From assembly GCA_010356995.1 (NCBI GenBank), contig ML996694.1, forward strand, positions 681,224 to 745,223: a stretch of DNA of 64,000 nt, in the 5' to 3' direction. The stretch is from Trichodelitschia bisporula (lineage: Eukaryota). Below the pieces are notes generated by a model that worked only from the letters and a program-made list of their open reading frames with translations, made no database searches and had not been told where the DNA came from. The position numbers and the translations under genes were made by a program. Below are positions 51,072-63,634 of this stretch, one piece after another. Every line of letters starts with the position of its first letter. Position 1 is the stretch's first letter.

Positions 51072-51614
51072 CCACCTGCAGTACCTCTTCCATCTGTCCA
51101 GCTATTACCAAATTGGGCTCATATCCGCGCAAACTGAGCCCCCCGTTGGGATATAAGACGTAACTGTATGACGCCTCCCCGCCACGTTTCCTCTTAATAG
51201 CCATATACGCCCTGACGAAGCCCTACCCCATACCCCTTGGAGCTAATATAGTAGACCGGAGAATTGCAGCGCCCATCCACATTCGGCGCGGGATGGAAGC
51301 CCACACTGCGGTCCTCGCTGCTGCCCACGCTTACCGGGTGGAATATTTCCCACAAAGGACCAAGCGGACTAATACCTTCGACCTCGATCCGGCGCGGCGA
51401 CGCCGTGCCCCCACACAATGGCACGCTAAACACACTGCCCAGAGTATCTGTGCCTGGACACGGGGTCGCGGAATGATTATGGGCACGGGTCCTGGGTTGA
51501 GCCACGACCGAATATTGGATGGGCTCGGCACCAGAGTGTATAATGCGCACACGTCGGCCTGATTGTTTCTAATCCCAGTATTCCACACCATCGTTTTTGC
51601 AATCACGAACGACG

Positions 51615-54018
51615 ATGTGGTGTCTCGGCCTCCTAGCCCTCGCCACAGCGGCGACCGCGTGTGACGCCATCCAGCCTGAACTCTGTACGCTGGCCTCCCC
51701 CCACCCATCTCTCTCCCTCCTAACATCCTTAGACCCGTTCTCCTCCACCCCGAACCCCGCCGGAATATCCTGGGCCACCGCCCAATCCAAAGCCAACACC
51801 GCTTTACAGCAACTCTCCTCCTCCGACAAAATCGCCCTCGCCACGGGCCAAGGCTGGCAAGCCGGCCCCTGCGTCGGGGTCACAGCCCGCATCAGCAAAA
51901 TCAGTTTCCCAGGCCTATGTCTGCAAGATGGGCCCACGGGGGTACGCTGGGCGGCGAATGTCACCGTGTTCCCGGCGGGCGTGCACGCGGCGAGCACTTG
52001 GGATGTGGATTTGATACGAGCGCGGGGCAGGGCGCTGGGCGAAGAATCGAAGGGGTTGGGCGTGCATGTACAGCTGGGCCCGGTGGTGGGGCCGCTGGGG
52101 AAGATTCCGTATGGTGGGCGGAATTGGGAGGGTTTCGGGGCGGATGCGTATCTGGCGGGTATCGCAGGTGGGGTGACGGTGGAGGGCATGCAGGCCGCGG
52201 GGGTTATGGCGAATGCGAAGCACTACCTCGGGAACGAGCAGGAACTCAATCGCACGACGATTGATGCGCGGATTCCGGATCGTGTGCTACATGAGGTGTA
52301 CCTTTGGCCTTTTGCGGATTTGGTAAGGGCGGGGGTGGCGAGTGTGATGTGCTCGTATAATAAGGTGAATGGGAGCTGGGCCTGTGAGAATCCGGCGTTG
52401 ATACGCCTCCTTAAGGAAGAGTTGGAGTTCAAGGGGTTTGTGGTGTCTGATTGGGATGCCCAGCATACGACGCTGGGGAGTGCGAATGCGGGGCTTGACA
52501 GTAAGCCTTACACCCTCCCCCCTCCCTCCTTCTTTGAGCCTCCTAACTCGCGCCGCAGTGACCCAACCCGGCACAGACTTCGGCAAGCAAAACCCCCTCT
52601 GGGGCCCGAAACTCCAATCCGCCCTCCCGCAACTCCCCCCCGGCCGCCTCGACGACATGGCGCGGCGCATCCTCACGGCCTGGTACTACCTCGGCCAGGA
52701 CGCGGGGTATCCCGCCGTGACATTCAACAGCTGGAACGGCGGGCGGGGCCACGCGCCCGTCCGGGCCAACCACGCCTCGATCGCTCGAGCGGTGGCGCGG
52801 GATGGTATCGTGCTGCTGAAGAACGAGGGCGGGGTGTTGCCCTTGAAGCCTGGGACAAGTTATGCGGTGGTGGGCGAGGATGCGGGTGAGAATGCGCAGG
52901 GCCCGAATGCATGCGAGGATCGGAAGTGTGATACGGGGACGCTGGGGATGGGGTGGGGGAGTGGGGTTGCTGAGTATCCGTACCTGACGAGTCCGCTGGC
53001 GGCACTGCGCGCCTGGGCCCCGGCGCATAATATCACGCTCACCGCGTCGCCGACCAACGACCACGGTTCCGCAGCCCGCGCCGCACAAGCCGCGGCCACG
53101 GCGCTCGTGTTCATCAACGCGGATAGCGGAGAGGGATACATCACCGTCGAAGGCCAGGAAGGCGACCGCGCGGACCTCAACCCGTGGCACGACGGCAACG
53201 GACTCGTCGCCTCCGTTGCCAGCATCGGCAAACCCGTCATCGTGATCATCCATTCCGTTGGCCCCGTAATCCTGGAGAAAATCCTTGCGCTGCCCGCCGT
53301 CAAAGCGGTCGTCTGGGCCGGGCTCCCGGGGCAAGAATCTGGTTCCGCGCTCGTGGATGTGCTTTCCGGGGCAACGGCGCCGAGCGGCAAGTTGCCGTAT
53401 ACGATTGCGAAGCAGGAGGCGGACTACGGGACGGTAATCCATAAAAACCTGGTGGATCGGTTTGAGGAGGGGGTGTATGTGGATTATCGTGGGTTTGATA
53501 AGAAGGGGTTGACGCCGAGGTTTGAGTTTGGGTACGGGTTGAGTTATACTACGTTTGGGTATAAGGGGCTTGACGTTGCGAACCGTCTGGCGTGCCGTGG
53601 GGTTGAGGATGTGGACGGAGCGGCTGTGCCGGTGCCGGCTGGACCTGCGGTCGAGGGGACGAGCATTGCGGGTTCGCTGCCGCAGGCGATCCTGTATTCA
53701 GCGTACGGGCCGGTGATCCGTACGACCATCACGAACACGGGTTCAGTTGCTGGGGCGGAGGTTGCGCAGCTGTATCTCTCATTCCCAAAGCAGGCGGGCG
53801 GCGAGGAGTTCCCGCCGGCGCAGTTGAGGGGGTTTAAAAAGGTTCTCCTAAAAGCGGGGGAGAGTCGGGTTGTGGAGTTTGGGCTGCGGAGGAAGGATGT
53901 TAGTTACTGGGATGTGAGGAGGCAGACTTGGGTGGTTGTTAAGGGGACGATTGGGGTGCGGGTTGCGGGGAGTTCGAGGGCGGAGGGGGTGAGTTCGAGT
54001 TTTGTGTTGGAGGAGTAG
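51615..54018 (+). CDS. Secreted GH3 beta-glucosidase with Fn3-like domain, 2 exons
   Basis: Signal peptide, CLQDGP, GGRNWEGF, KHY, VMCSYN, nucleophile SDW, intron 52501-52558 (GLDM|TQPG), NTGSVAGAEVAQLY..QLRGF. Confidence 0.95.
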
Positions 54019-55429
54019 GGGGAGGTTGAGATGAGAGAGGATGTCGTTTAAACGTGGAGTGAATCCAAATCCGTAATCTACCCGTAGTGAACTGCCCGCT
54101 TCTAGGCTCTTTTATGTACCCGGGTGCTCTGCCTGCTAGTGGGCTGGCCTAGCAACCCAAGACGTGAGTTGACGCGATGATCACGGCGAAAGCGGATACG
54201 ACGTCGTACGATGACGGGTATCGAGCCGAACCGAAGGGGAAGGCTGAGATGCGGGGGTTAGGTGTGCCGCTTTGCACGTGATATAGCACCATGTCCTCCA
54301 CAATCGCGATCTCAGCCTTTCCCTTCACGGTTTTAGATGTTGTTTTTGGTCATCCATCGTGCCCGTTAATTAGGATGTGGTCCAAGAGCCGCGTGGATGT
54401 TGCGACGTGGTCCGCTAAAGGCCCAGCCTCGGCCGAAATATATCCAGTGCCAGTCGAGACCTTTTCCAGGCTTTGGATGACTCCTTTGCGGTCGACTGGC
54501 GATGCATCGGGCCGGCAGTCCTCGGGTGGTAACTAAAGTACTCCAAAGGCCGGTTAGCTATGATCCTAACAACAACTCCAACTGCTGGAGAATCGACAAC
54601 GGCTCCTGTTAGCATATCAGTCTCTTATCACGGCTCTTTTATCGTCAGTCTCGCCATGATTAGCTGCGCACTCTGCATGCGTCCGCCTTGAACTCTGTTG
54701 AGAAAAGCTGCAGATACCAGGCTGCAAGGCATACCGGCCTAACGCACCCGAAAACTTCCCTCACAACAATCCGCCAATGGCGGCGAGGCGATTTTGAATG
54801 GCCGACGGAGCAAGGGCATTTGAGCATAGTGTACGGTAGCGCAAAGAGCTAGATGGACATGCGGCACTAAACATTTTGGCGCGACCATGAGGGTCTTGAC
54901 TCTTTTGAGTGTTTGGCTGGAAAGCATGTGAGGGGTTAAACAGGTCTGACGGGTCGTCGGCCCTGGGACACGCGCACTGGAAGTTCGTCTGTGAGAAGAT
55001 ATTGCCCAATGCTTCATAGCAGTACGTGTTATGTCGAAATGATATCGACGAGAGCGTAGAACACCGAATTGGGCAGTGAGTGACAGCAAATTCTGATAAC
55101 AAAGGTCACGTGTGAACGCCAAAATCTGACGATGACGTTTTGCCTCCGATTCCGATGGCGGCGTGCAGGGGGTTGTCGTCCCCCACTTGAGAGCCAAGAC
55201 CAACCGTCCACATCGGATGTGAAGGAATTTTTTGCCCTGGCCCGCCCCCGCCGTCGTCTTCTTCCCGCACCAACGCACAGCTATCCCTTCGCCTCTTCTA
55301 CGCCCAAACAACCACTCCACCAGCTTGTGACCCTCATAAACCCTATCCTATCGCCCTTTCTCGCCGTCTTTTAGACAGAAGCGAGAACCTCTTTTCCCTC
55401 CCTTTATCCCCCCCGGCCCCCAAGCCTTC

Positions 55430-55726
55430 ATGAGTGCTGCTCCCACCGTCTTCACCTCTCAGGTACGTCAGTGAACGGTGTCATTGCGGCTCTTCCCTTA
55501 TCGAGATTGTCGCTGCGGATTGTCGTAGCGGTCTATCCTCTCCGTTGTCTTTCTTTCATTCATTCATTCATTCATTGCTTCTCGTACTCACTCTCATCCT
55601 ATCTACTCTCTCTCCCCGCTTCAAGATCTCGATCGCCGAGTCACCGTTTAGCGAAGCGCCCAACTGACCCCACTCTCCCCTTAGGACTATATTTCGGACC
55701 ATCTGTGGAAGGCTTCAGCCAACTGA
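55430..55726 (+). CDS. Arginine attenuator peptide (AAP) uORF, 24 aa, split by intron 55463-55684
   Basis: Spliced MSAAPTVFTSQ|DYISDHLWKASAN*, matching the N. crassa arg-2 AAP (MNGRPSVFTSQDYLSDHLWRALNA); ends 98 nt before the CPA1 ATG. Confidence 0.95.
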
Positions 55727-55824
55727 GAGGTGTAATCGAACGAAGAAAAACTTGATCCTGTAATACAACCAACCTCCCTCATCACCACACGTCGACTTCG
55801 ACCTCGACACCGACAATCGCTGCC

Positions 55825-57331
55825 ATGTTCGCCGCTACTATCCGCTCGTCGGCCGCCATGGCGCGCCCCCGCATCTTCCAGACTCGGGCCCGCTTCCTGG
55901 CCACCGTCCAGCCCAACACGCCCCGTCAGATGCCAGAGACAAACACTCGCGGCACGCCCAAGTCTCACGACCGCGCCACATTCACCATCAAGGTATGCGG
56001 TGAACGCTCCACTCAGCGAACACAGGCTCACTAACACCCAACCAGGATGGCCCAATTTTCCACGGAAAGTCGTTTGGTGCAAAGGCCAACATCTCGGGCG
56101 AGGCTGTCTTCACGACGTCGCTCGTCGGCTACCCTGAGTCTATGACGGACCCGTCCTACCGCGGTCAGATTCTCGTGTTCACGCAGCCGCTCATTGGCAA
56201 CTACGGCGTGCCGTCGTCGGCCCGTGACGAGCACGGCCTGCTCCGCTACTTTGAGTCCCCCCACATCCAGGCCGCGGGCATCGTCGTGCAAGACGCGGCG
56301 ATGCATCACAGCCATTGGACCGCCGTCGAGGGTCTGGGCGATTGGTGCGCTCGCGAGGGCGTCCCCGCCATCAGCGGCGTCGACACCCGCGCCATCGTCA
56401 CCTACCTGCGGGAGCAGGGTTCGTCGCTGGGCAAGATTAGCATTGGCGAAGAGTACGATGCGGACGAGGACGAGGCGTACGTTGACCCCGAGGCCATTCA
56501 CCTGGTGCGCCGCGTGTCGACCAAGGCGCCATTCCACGTTAACTCGTCGCTCGGCGACCTGCATGTGGCGCTGATCGACTGTGGTGTCAAGGAGAACATC
56601 CTGCGCAGCCTGGTCAACCGTGGGGCATCGGTAACGGCCTTCCCATATAACTACCCGATTCACAAGGTGGCGCACCACTTTGACGGCGTATTCATTTCCA
56701 ACGGGCCGGGTGATCCCACGCACTGCACGGAGACGGTGTACCACCTGCGCAAGCTGATGGAGACGTCGCAGATCCCGATCATGGGGATTTGCATGGGTCA
56801 CCAGCTGCTGGCGTTGGCGGCTGGCGCGCGTACCATCAAGCTCAAGTACGGCAACCGGGCGCACAACATCCCGGCCCTCGACCTATCGACGGGCAAGTGC
56901 CACATCACGTCGCAGAATCACGGGTACGCGGTGGACGCGACCTCGCTGCCGGCGGATTGGAAGGAGTACTTCGTGAACCTGAACGACTCGAGCAACGAGG
57001 GCATTATGCACAAATCTCGCCCTATTTTCTCGGCGCAGTTCCATCCGGAGGCCAAGGGCGGGCCGCTTGACTCTGCCTGTGAGTTCTTTTCGTAATTGTT
57101 GGAGGTATATCGAAGCTAATGGGATGTCCAGACCTTTTCGACGCCTACATTGACAGCGTCACCAAGTACAAGCAGAACCAGTCCGTCTTCGCCGCGGGCA
57201 AGGACAATCGTCCTTCGCCGCTGCTCGTCGACCTGCTCAGCAAGGAGCGCGTGGGCGTTCATCCGTCGCAGACGTCCTTTAGTGGCCACGCCCCCGGCAT
57301 GACGCAGCCCGAACCTGTGGCCGTTGCTTGA
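55825..57331 (+). CDS. CPA1: Arginine-specific carbamoyl-phosphate synthetase small subunit (arg-2), mitochondrial presequence, 3 exons
   Basis: [63 protein letters not shown]; introns 55993-56045 and ~57079-57132. Confidence 0.97.
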
Positions 57332-57772
57332 GGAGGGTCCGTATGAAATCGATGTTGACGACGATGTGTGGGCTAAGTGATTTTGCGCGGCTGATTGGTG
57401 CCATGGATTTTCGGGTTTCGTGGGGTTTCAGCGCAAAAGTTGCGTCGCTTATGATGCATTTAAGCGCGCTGTTCGCGATGTACTTAGTTTGTTCGTGTTC
57501 CAGGCGTATAACTGGGGGTTCGGGTGAGGAATGAAACAATTTATGAGAATTCTTAGCTTTTTGTCTGCTTTGCTTGTGTGCACCGGTGGATGAGTGTGAT
57601 GATGATAGATCTACACGTTGTGGCACGGGAGGCACCCTGGGCGCTTGGGGGACCTTACTTGATGGGCTGGCACTCCAGCAGCAGAAGGGATAGATTAATC
57701 AAAAGCTCATCAAGCAGCCTACTTAAGCACTTTTGCGGGTATTTAATTGGTAATACAGCGAATGAATCTGCT

Positions 57773-58587
57773 CTACGCAGATCTAAGTAGCTTTACCACC
57801 CTATCCATCGCCAACTGCTTTATTTTGGCCCGTAGTATCCGGCGTACGACAGCCGTGTCGATAGACCACATGTCCGGCCGGACGAGGGCAGGAAATTCAA
57901 GACGGCCGCCTTCGAGAAGGCTCTATCAACGATAAGTACTAGACGTTATCGAGAGTTAGTTACTTACGATTCGAGGCACGGCACATGATGTGCCGCCCTC
58001 GGCATTCTTGACCCAGACTTCTATATCCGCCGTCTCGATCCTGCCCGCCCTATTCCCGCCCGCCAAAAGTAACGGGCCCCAGGTCGCCAGCAAGAATAAA
58101 CTGGCTTGAGTCCAGCGGTAGTTCGGTACCGCTAGGGAGGCGAGCGTACGGGCCTACGAAGTCTTGTACGCCCTGTCCGGTGGACAGGAAGACGTCCGAG
58201 CCCATGGCGGCTCTAAGCGTATCCCTAATGGCCGTGACGAAGGCCCCGTGAACCGGCGAATGGCTATGTGTGATGGTGGCTTCGCCGGTTAACGCGTTCC
58301 ACTCGTAGCGGGGGAACCTAGGTCCCGATTTACTGGTAAGCTCGACATAGCGAGGGGCGGATGATGAGAGGGTGGGTTGACGGCACATACAAATCCTCCG
58401 TGTGGAGGGCCGTGAACTCCTGCTTCGACATTTGCGTACGCATTGTTACGCCCTGCATGGCATTAGCCAGGGAGATAGACATGTGAGGCCTACGAGACTT
58501 ACTTCGGCGCTCGGAAAGGTTGAGCTTACGGGCCCGTCGTAAGCGGGTCAAACGGCACAGGTTTGTAGGTGCGAGTAAGGGACGCAT
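57773..58587 (-). pseudogene. Degenerate gene resembling fungal Uma2-like/PD-(D/E)XK-fold proteins
   Basis: Intron 58333-58390 joins in frame to FPRYEWNALTGEATITHSHSPVHGAF; 1-nt frameshift with TAG at 58050 (GRE[W]AGRIETADIEVW); a second intron, then IKQLAMDRVVKLL; expected catalytic segment not seen. Confidence 0.45.
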
Positions 58588-59942
58588 TGCCGGGCCTTTG
58601 TCCGGATGCGGGGTGTCAAGAAACCGAAGACGATGATTCGAAAACTTAGGATTGAGAAGTTGATCTCGTAGACATGTTAGCGATGAACAGAAAATGTAAC
58701 TTGGTGAATGTCATGTTTATGAAGATACTGGGAGGCTGGGCGTAATTTTACTCACCTTACTCCGTAAATCACAGATGGAAGCCGCTCTGGACTAAGGATC
58801 CACCTTCTGAAATACTTTGAGCAGGTACCAAGCCAACTGCGAGAAATGGAAGTGGTGAACTTTAAGGTAGAAGTACGGGTAAGTGCTTAGCTGTGCAGGA
58901 AGTAAGTGAAAATAAGCTATGGGGGAGGAAGAAGTGAGGGTTATTGGCCATATGTACTACTACTACTAGTAACGTAGCATCTTGCATCTTGGTTAGGAGC
59001 GTCATAAGGGTTTAAGTATACTACGTATGCATCCGTATGCTGATGATATTGAGGAGCCTAAACCACTGATGAGGGTCCAACTAGTCAAAAGTGTAATCGT
59101 CTGTCATCCGTAGTGAACTGCTGTTGCCAACCGCCCCGACCGACCTCGAGCGACCGAATTTAGCTAAAGGCCGGGCCGATTCCGCCATACTGAGATCTCG
59201 TCGCGCTCAAATCTCAACAACGAGGTCAATCGCGACCCGCTCCGCTCCGCCCCGCCCCGCCCCTCCCCGGCCCGCGCCACTCCCATTCGCCTGTGCCACA
59301 AAACTGGGCATGAACGAAACCGTGGGGCAGAAAGATTTGCGGGTAAATTGGAGTGAGGGGTGCGGGCCGGTTTGTGGAGTCTCTTAGATTGAGGCTTGAG
59401 TGGACATCATTTTAAGGCCACCAAGGCGAATGCGGGGATGACATAAGACCTGCAAGCCAAGAAAGGGGAGAGATGAGAATGGGGGGACAGAATAACGGGG
59501 GGCAAGGGTTACGCTCCTACGGCTCCGTTGTTGGTGTTGGTGAAAGAAACTCCAACAAACTTGACACAAACTCACCGGCAACAAACCTTTCCCAGAACTC
59601 GAGGAGACACGAAATATTCGTTCTATCGCATTGCGCTTGCGCGTTTCCTCATCGGGACCCACTGAAATAGCATACCCGCATCCTTCTTTGGCTTTAGGGC
59701 CCCCGCTCCCGTCGTCGCATCGTAAGCGCGAGGCGGTGCCCTGCGCCACGCTTGCTCTACCGCACCTCTACCACCACCTCCCCTCCACTTCACTGTCGCT
59801 CACTCCAACGCTGCGCATACTTATGCGCCCGCTACCGCACACGCCCGCACCCAAAACACAGCGCGGCGTCTCCTAGAACCCGCAATCGCCCCGTTGGACC
59901 CTCGTTTGCGCCGAAGACCGCATCACCATCGCGGCCGTCGCC

Positions 59943-61616
59943 ATGTCCGTGTGCAATAACTCGCTGATCACGGCGGGCGATGAGCTTGGTACGTTCGCCG
60001 GGTCGATGGTATAGAGGGAATACGGAAGCTGATACGCGTAGTCAAACATGAGACGCCGCTATGGAAGGGGTTTACCTTTCACCATTTTGGGCTCATCATT
60101 ACGGCTACGTTTGGCCTGATTGCGGTGCTGTTGGCGCTGTTTCTCATGATGCAGCATGCAAGGCATTACAGCGTGCCCGGGCAGCAAAAGCAGTACGTTT
60201 TGCACCTCCCTTAAAGTGCGGGGAATAAGCAGGCTAACCGCGGGCGCACAGCATCATCCGCATCGTCTTCATGATCCCCGTCTACGCGACCATCTCGTTC
60301 GTCAGCTACGTCTTTTACCGGCACGCCATCTACTGGGAGGTGCTGCGCGACTGCTACGAGGCGTTTGCGATTGCTGCCTTCTTCGCCCTCATGTCTAGTT
60401 ACATCGAGCCGACGCTACATGACCAGAAAGAGTACTTCCGCAAGATCCAAGTCGATAATTGGGTCTGGCCTGTGCCGTGGATGCAGAAGTGTACAGGTGG
60501 CAAGGAGCGCGGCTTGCTACGTCGGCCAAGGAGTGGGTTGACGTGGTTTAACGTGGGTCTCTTCCCTCTGTGAGTGATGCGGCTAACGTGCTGGACAGAT
60601 CATCTGGGTCGCCATCTTCCAGTACTGTGCCATCCGCGTACTCTGCACCTTTGTGAGCATGATCTCACAGCTGCTGGACCGCTACTGCGAGAGCTCGCTA
60701 TCGCCCGCCTTTGCCCACGTGTGGGTCATGGTCATCGAGGGCACCTCCGTTTCTGTCGCCATGTACTGCGTGATCCAGTTCTACTTCCAACTCAAAACCG
60801 ATCTCGCCGAGTACAGACCCTTCCTCAAGGTGCTCTGCATCAAACTCGTCATCTTCTTTTCCTTCTGGCAAGCCGTGCGTCGCCCCTCCCCTACCCACCT
60901 CCCCCCCCTGGTTAACACCCCTGTAGATCGTAATATCCTTCCTCTCCTCCTCCTCCTCCTCCCGCGACGCCATCCTCAAACCAAGCGACAAAATCGCCTA
61001 CCCGGATATCAAAATCGGTATTCCGTCTATGCTCATCGCTGTTGAAATGTCCATTTTTGCGGGAATGCATATGTTCGCCTTCTCTTGGAAGCCTTACGAC
61101 ATACGTAACAACCCCGACCCCGCGGCAAGGTATCAAGGCGGTCCGCTTGGCTTGTACGCCTTTGTCGATGCCTTCAATCTCTGGGACGTGGTCAAGGCGA
61201 GTGCCCGCGGATTTAGGTGGCTATTCCACGGCCGGAGGCGCCGTATGACGGACCCGAGTTATCGCGATCACTTGGGCGCTGGCGCGGGCGCTGGCGCGGC
61301 GGCGGGAGCCGGAGTGGGCGCCGCGCCGCGGAAGGGCGCCGAGGATGTGGAGCTGCACAGCCCGCCCCGTGGCAGGACCGATGATCCGCGACCGCCCATT
61401 GTCCGACGGCCCACGGACGATGATCACCAAGCGTTGCTGGCGGATCCGCAGGGTGTGCCGAGGATTGCGGTCCGCGCGCCCAGCCCGTATTCCCAGCAGA
61501 GTGTGAGTGATAACGAGAGTTTGGGGTATGGTGGGGGCGGGTATGGGGGGCGGGGGAGGGTGAGTGAGGATGAGTGGGGACTCGGGAAGGGTGCACAGGG
61601 GCCTAGGAGGATATAG
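59943..61616 (+). CDS. OST-alpha/TMEM184 (DUF300) membrane protein, 5 exons
   Basis: HARHYSVPGQQKH|IIRIVFMIPVYA, RDCYEAFAIAAFF, IFQYC, KVLCIKLVIFFSFWQ, EM..HMFAFSWKPY. Confidence 0.92.
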
Positions 61617-61859
61617 GTGGGGTAAGGGATGGGGGTTGGGATGGGGAGGTGGGATGGTGAGATTGAAAGGATACCCCGTTTTGTGATTTTGCGGATTGGG
61701 TTGTTGGATGGCGTTTGGTTTCCGGGGACACTGGGACGGCGCTATGACAATGGTTGATGGCGCGAACGGATGTACGATTTCGAAGGTAGGCATTGGGGAT
61801 CTTTTACCGGTGGCATTTGTCGGCTTCCAATGTGTTAAAAAACGTTGGTTCACCTTAAG

Positions 61860-61915
61860 GTTACTGCTACGTGATGGGTGTTGACGTTACTGCTACGTGA
61901 TGGATGTTGACGTTA
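61860..61915. repeat. 26-bp tandem duplication
   Basis: GTTACTGCTACGTGATGG(G/A)TGTTGAC x2. Confidence 0.85.
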
Positions 61916-62498
61916 GGACATGCTCTCACCTGCACGCCTAGATCGCCAACCCGAGAGGTCGTGGCGTGGCGAGGGTTCGGGGATCTCGCGAGAAGGGTCG
62001 GGCGCTTCGCGGCTAGCCGATCGGTGCCTCTCAACCCGTGGGCCTGATATCTCGGCCCCGACCCGTTGCGGGTCGTGCCAGCGACGGTATGCCCGGCTCC
62101 GCATCTCTCACGTAGCTCCGGCGGGCCGAAACCTACCTGCGCGGTGAGAGGCGTATTCACCAAGGCGTGGTCATTACGATGCAGTGGACGTGGGACAAAT
62201 GGGGCTTGAGGATACTTGCACTGTGGTATTGGCTCGAGCATTTGCAGTGGAAAGGTCTTGTTCATATGAGAGACAAAGCACGTGATAGCGGGTGAGCGAT
62301 GCAATGAAAAGCGGATGGATGAGACTAGCTAATGGCGAGGGGCAGCTCGCTACAAATACTATACGAGTGTTTACACTTGTAGGCGCTGCTGCCACTCTAA
62401 TGATGGCAACTACATACTTGAATGAATGCAACTCCCATTGGGAGCCTCAGGAGCAGTGGGAAGTGACCCACCGATACCCCCTGCTCCTGACATCATAT

Positions 62499-63192
62499 CT
62501 ATATACATGGTATCTGCCACGGAACTCGCAGGATTCGATTCTTTAATCGAATATGAGTTCGAGGGTTATGATACCGACGGCAAATAGCGCTGCCCGAGTT
62601 TCTTCTTCCGATACTGTCACAGGCAGCATCCCTGTCAGTCTTCGTCCAATTCTCCCGGAAGCCATATGCCCTCAGAACTCGAAATTTGCACACAAATTCT
62701 TCGAAGCTCTGCCACGTGGTATTTCCAGAGAGTTTACCCGGTGCATTTTCCGTCTTTAGAAGCTCGTTGTAGTCATTAAAGCCCCAATGCGAGAGGTACT
62801 TCAAAACGGGCTCAACTGGTTGGCCACTGGGCGCAGCCGCATCGGAAGGTGAAGTAGACCCGCAGACATTTGCACGTGACCGGGGTTCTTTCGATTCGCC
62901 AGAGTCCCTCTCAACCCCGATCTTAGCACGATCGCAGCTAAGCGTTCGCCGACAGCCTGAAACACGTCGAGAAATCAACGTCGTGCCTCTTCACACCTAA
63001 GATGCCCAGGTGGGCCTCCAGCCATCCGGACGTTGATACTACGAACTTTGCGGAGAGACTGTCGTTCATGAGGACATCTTTGAATTCCAACTCGCGCGAG
63101 AGCTGCAGGTCCTCGTCGGCTTGCTGGGCGCTCCCGGCCTCTGGCTTGGGGGCCTTTGGCTTGGGGGCCATTTTCAACTTGCGGCCCATTGA
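62499..63192 (-). other. Possible orphan or decayed gene
   Basis: Two overlapping out-of-frame ORFs (MGRKLKMAPKPKAPK.. and ..LKYLSHWGFNDY..); no family recognised. Confidence 0.3.
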
Positions 63193-63551
63193 TGCAGACA
63201 GGTTGGTGTTGAACTGAAGACGAAAGGAGAGCTGGGGTCGAGTTGACAAAGGGAGAGAGCTGGTTAAGCGACGAAAGGACAGAGCTGGCGTTCTGGCTCG
63301 TCAGAGTCGACGACCAGCAAACCAGGCCCGACTTGACAGGCATCAAAACTGAGCACGTTTTAGCGGCCGAACGAAATTATTGGGAGAGGAAGCATACTAT
63401 AAGAGATGTTGAACAGCCTTGAACACATTCCCGGACGTTCTGGATCCGTAAACCGAACCGCTGTCGAGTTCGGCCGGGTGCGTTGTTGACCGTGTGGCCA
63501 CTGTGGCCCCATTGGTGGAACAACCACGAACGAAGGGTTGTCAGGGTCATC

Positions 63552-63634
63552 GTAGTAGTCGTGAACCAGGTGGGCCGTTGTAGTAGTCGTGGACCAGGTG
63601 GGTCGTTGAAGTAGTCGTGGAGAAGGTGGACCAT
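63552..63634. repeat. 28-bp tandem repeat x3
   Basis: GTAGTAGTCGTG(A/G)ACCAGGTGGG(C/T)CGTT twice plus a degenerate third copy. Confidence 0.85.

Noticed and set aside
51194..51550. 118-aa minus-strand ORF upstream of GH3
   Set aside because: No motif or splice support; lies in the promoter region.
54470..54905. TGACTC cores as CpcA/Gcn4 sites for CPA1
   Set aside because: Neither is the full TGACTCA; a 6-mer is expected by chance.
32631..63634. Short tandem repeats as CRISPR-like arrays
   Set aside because: Head-to-tail minisatellites without unique spacers, in a eukaryotic genome.
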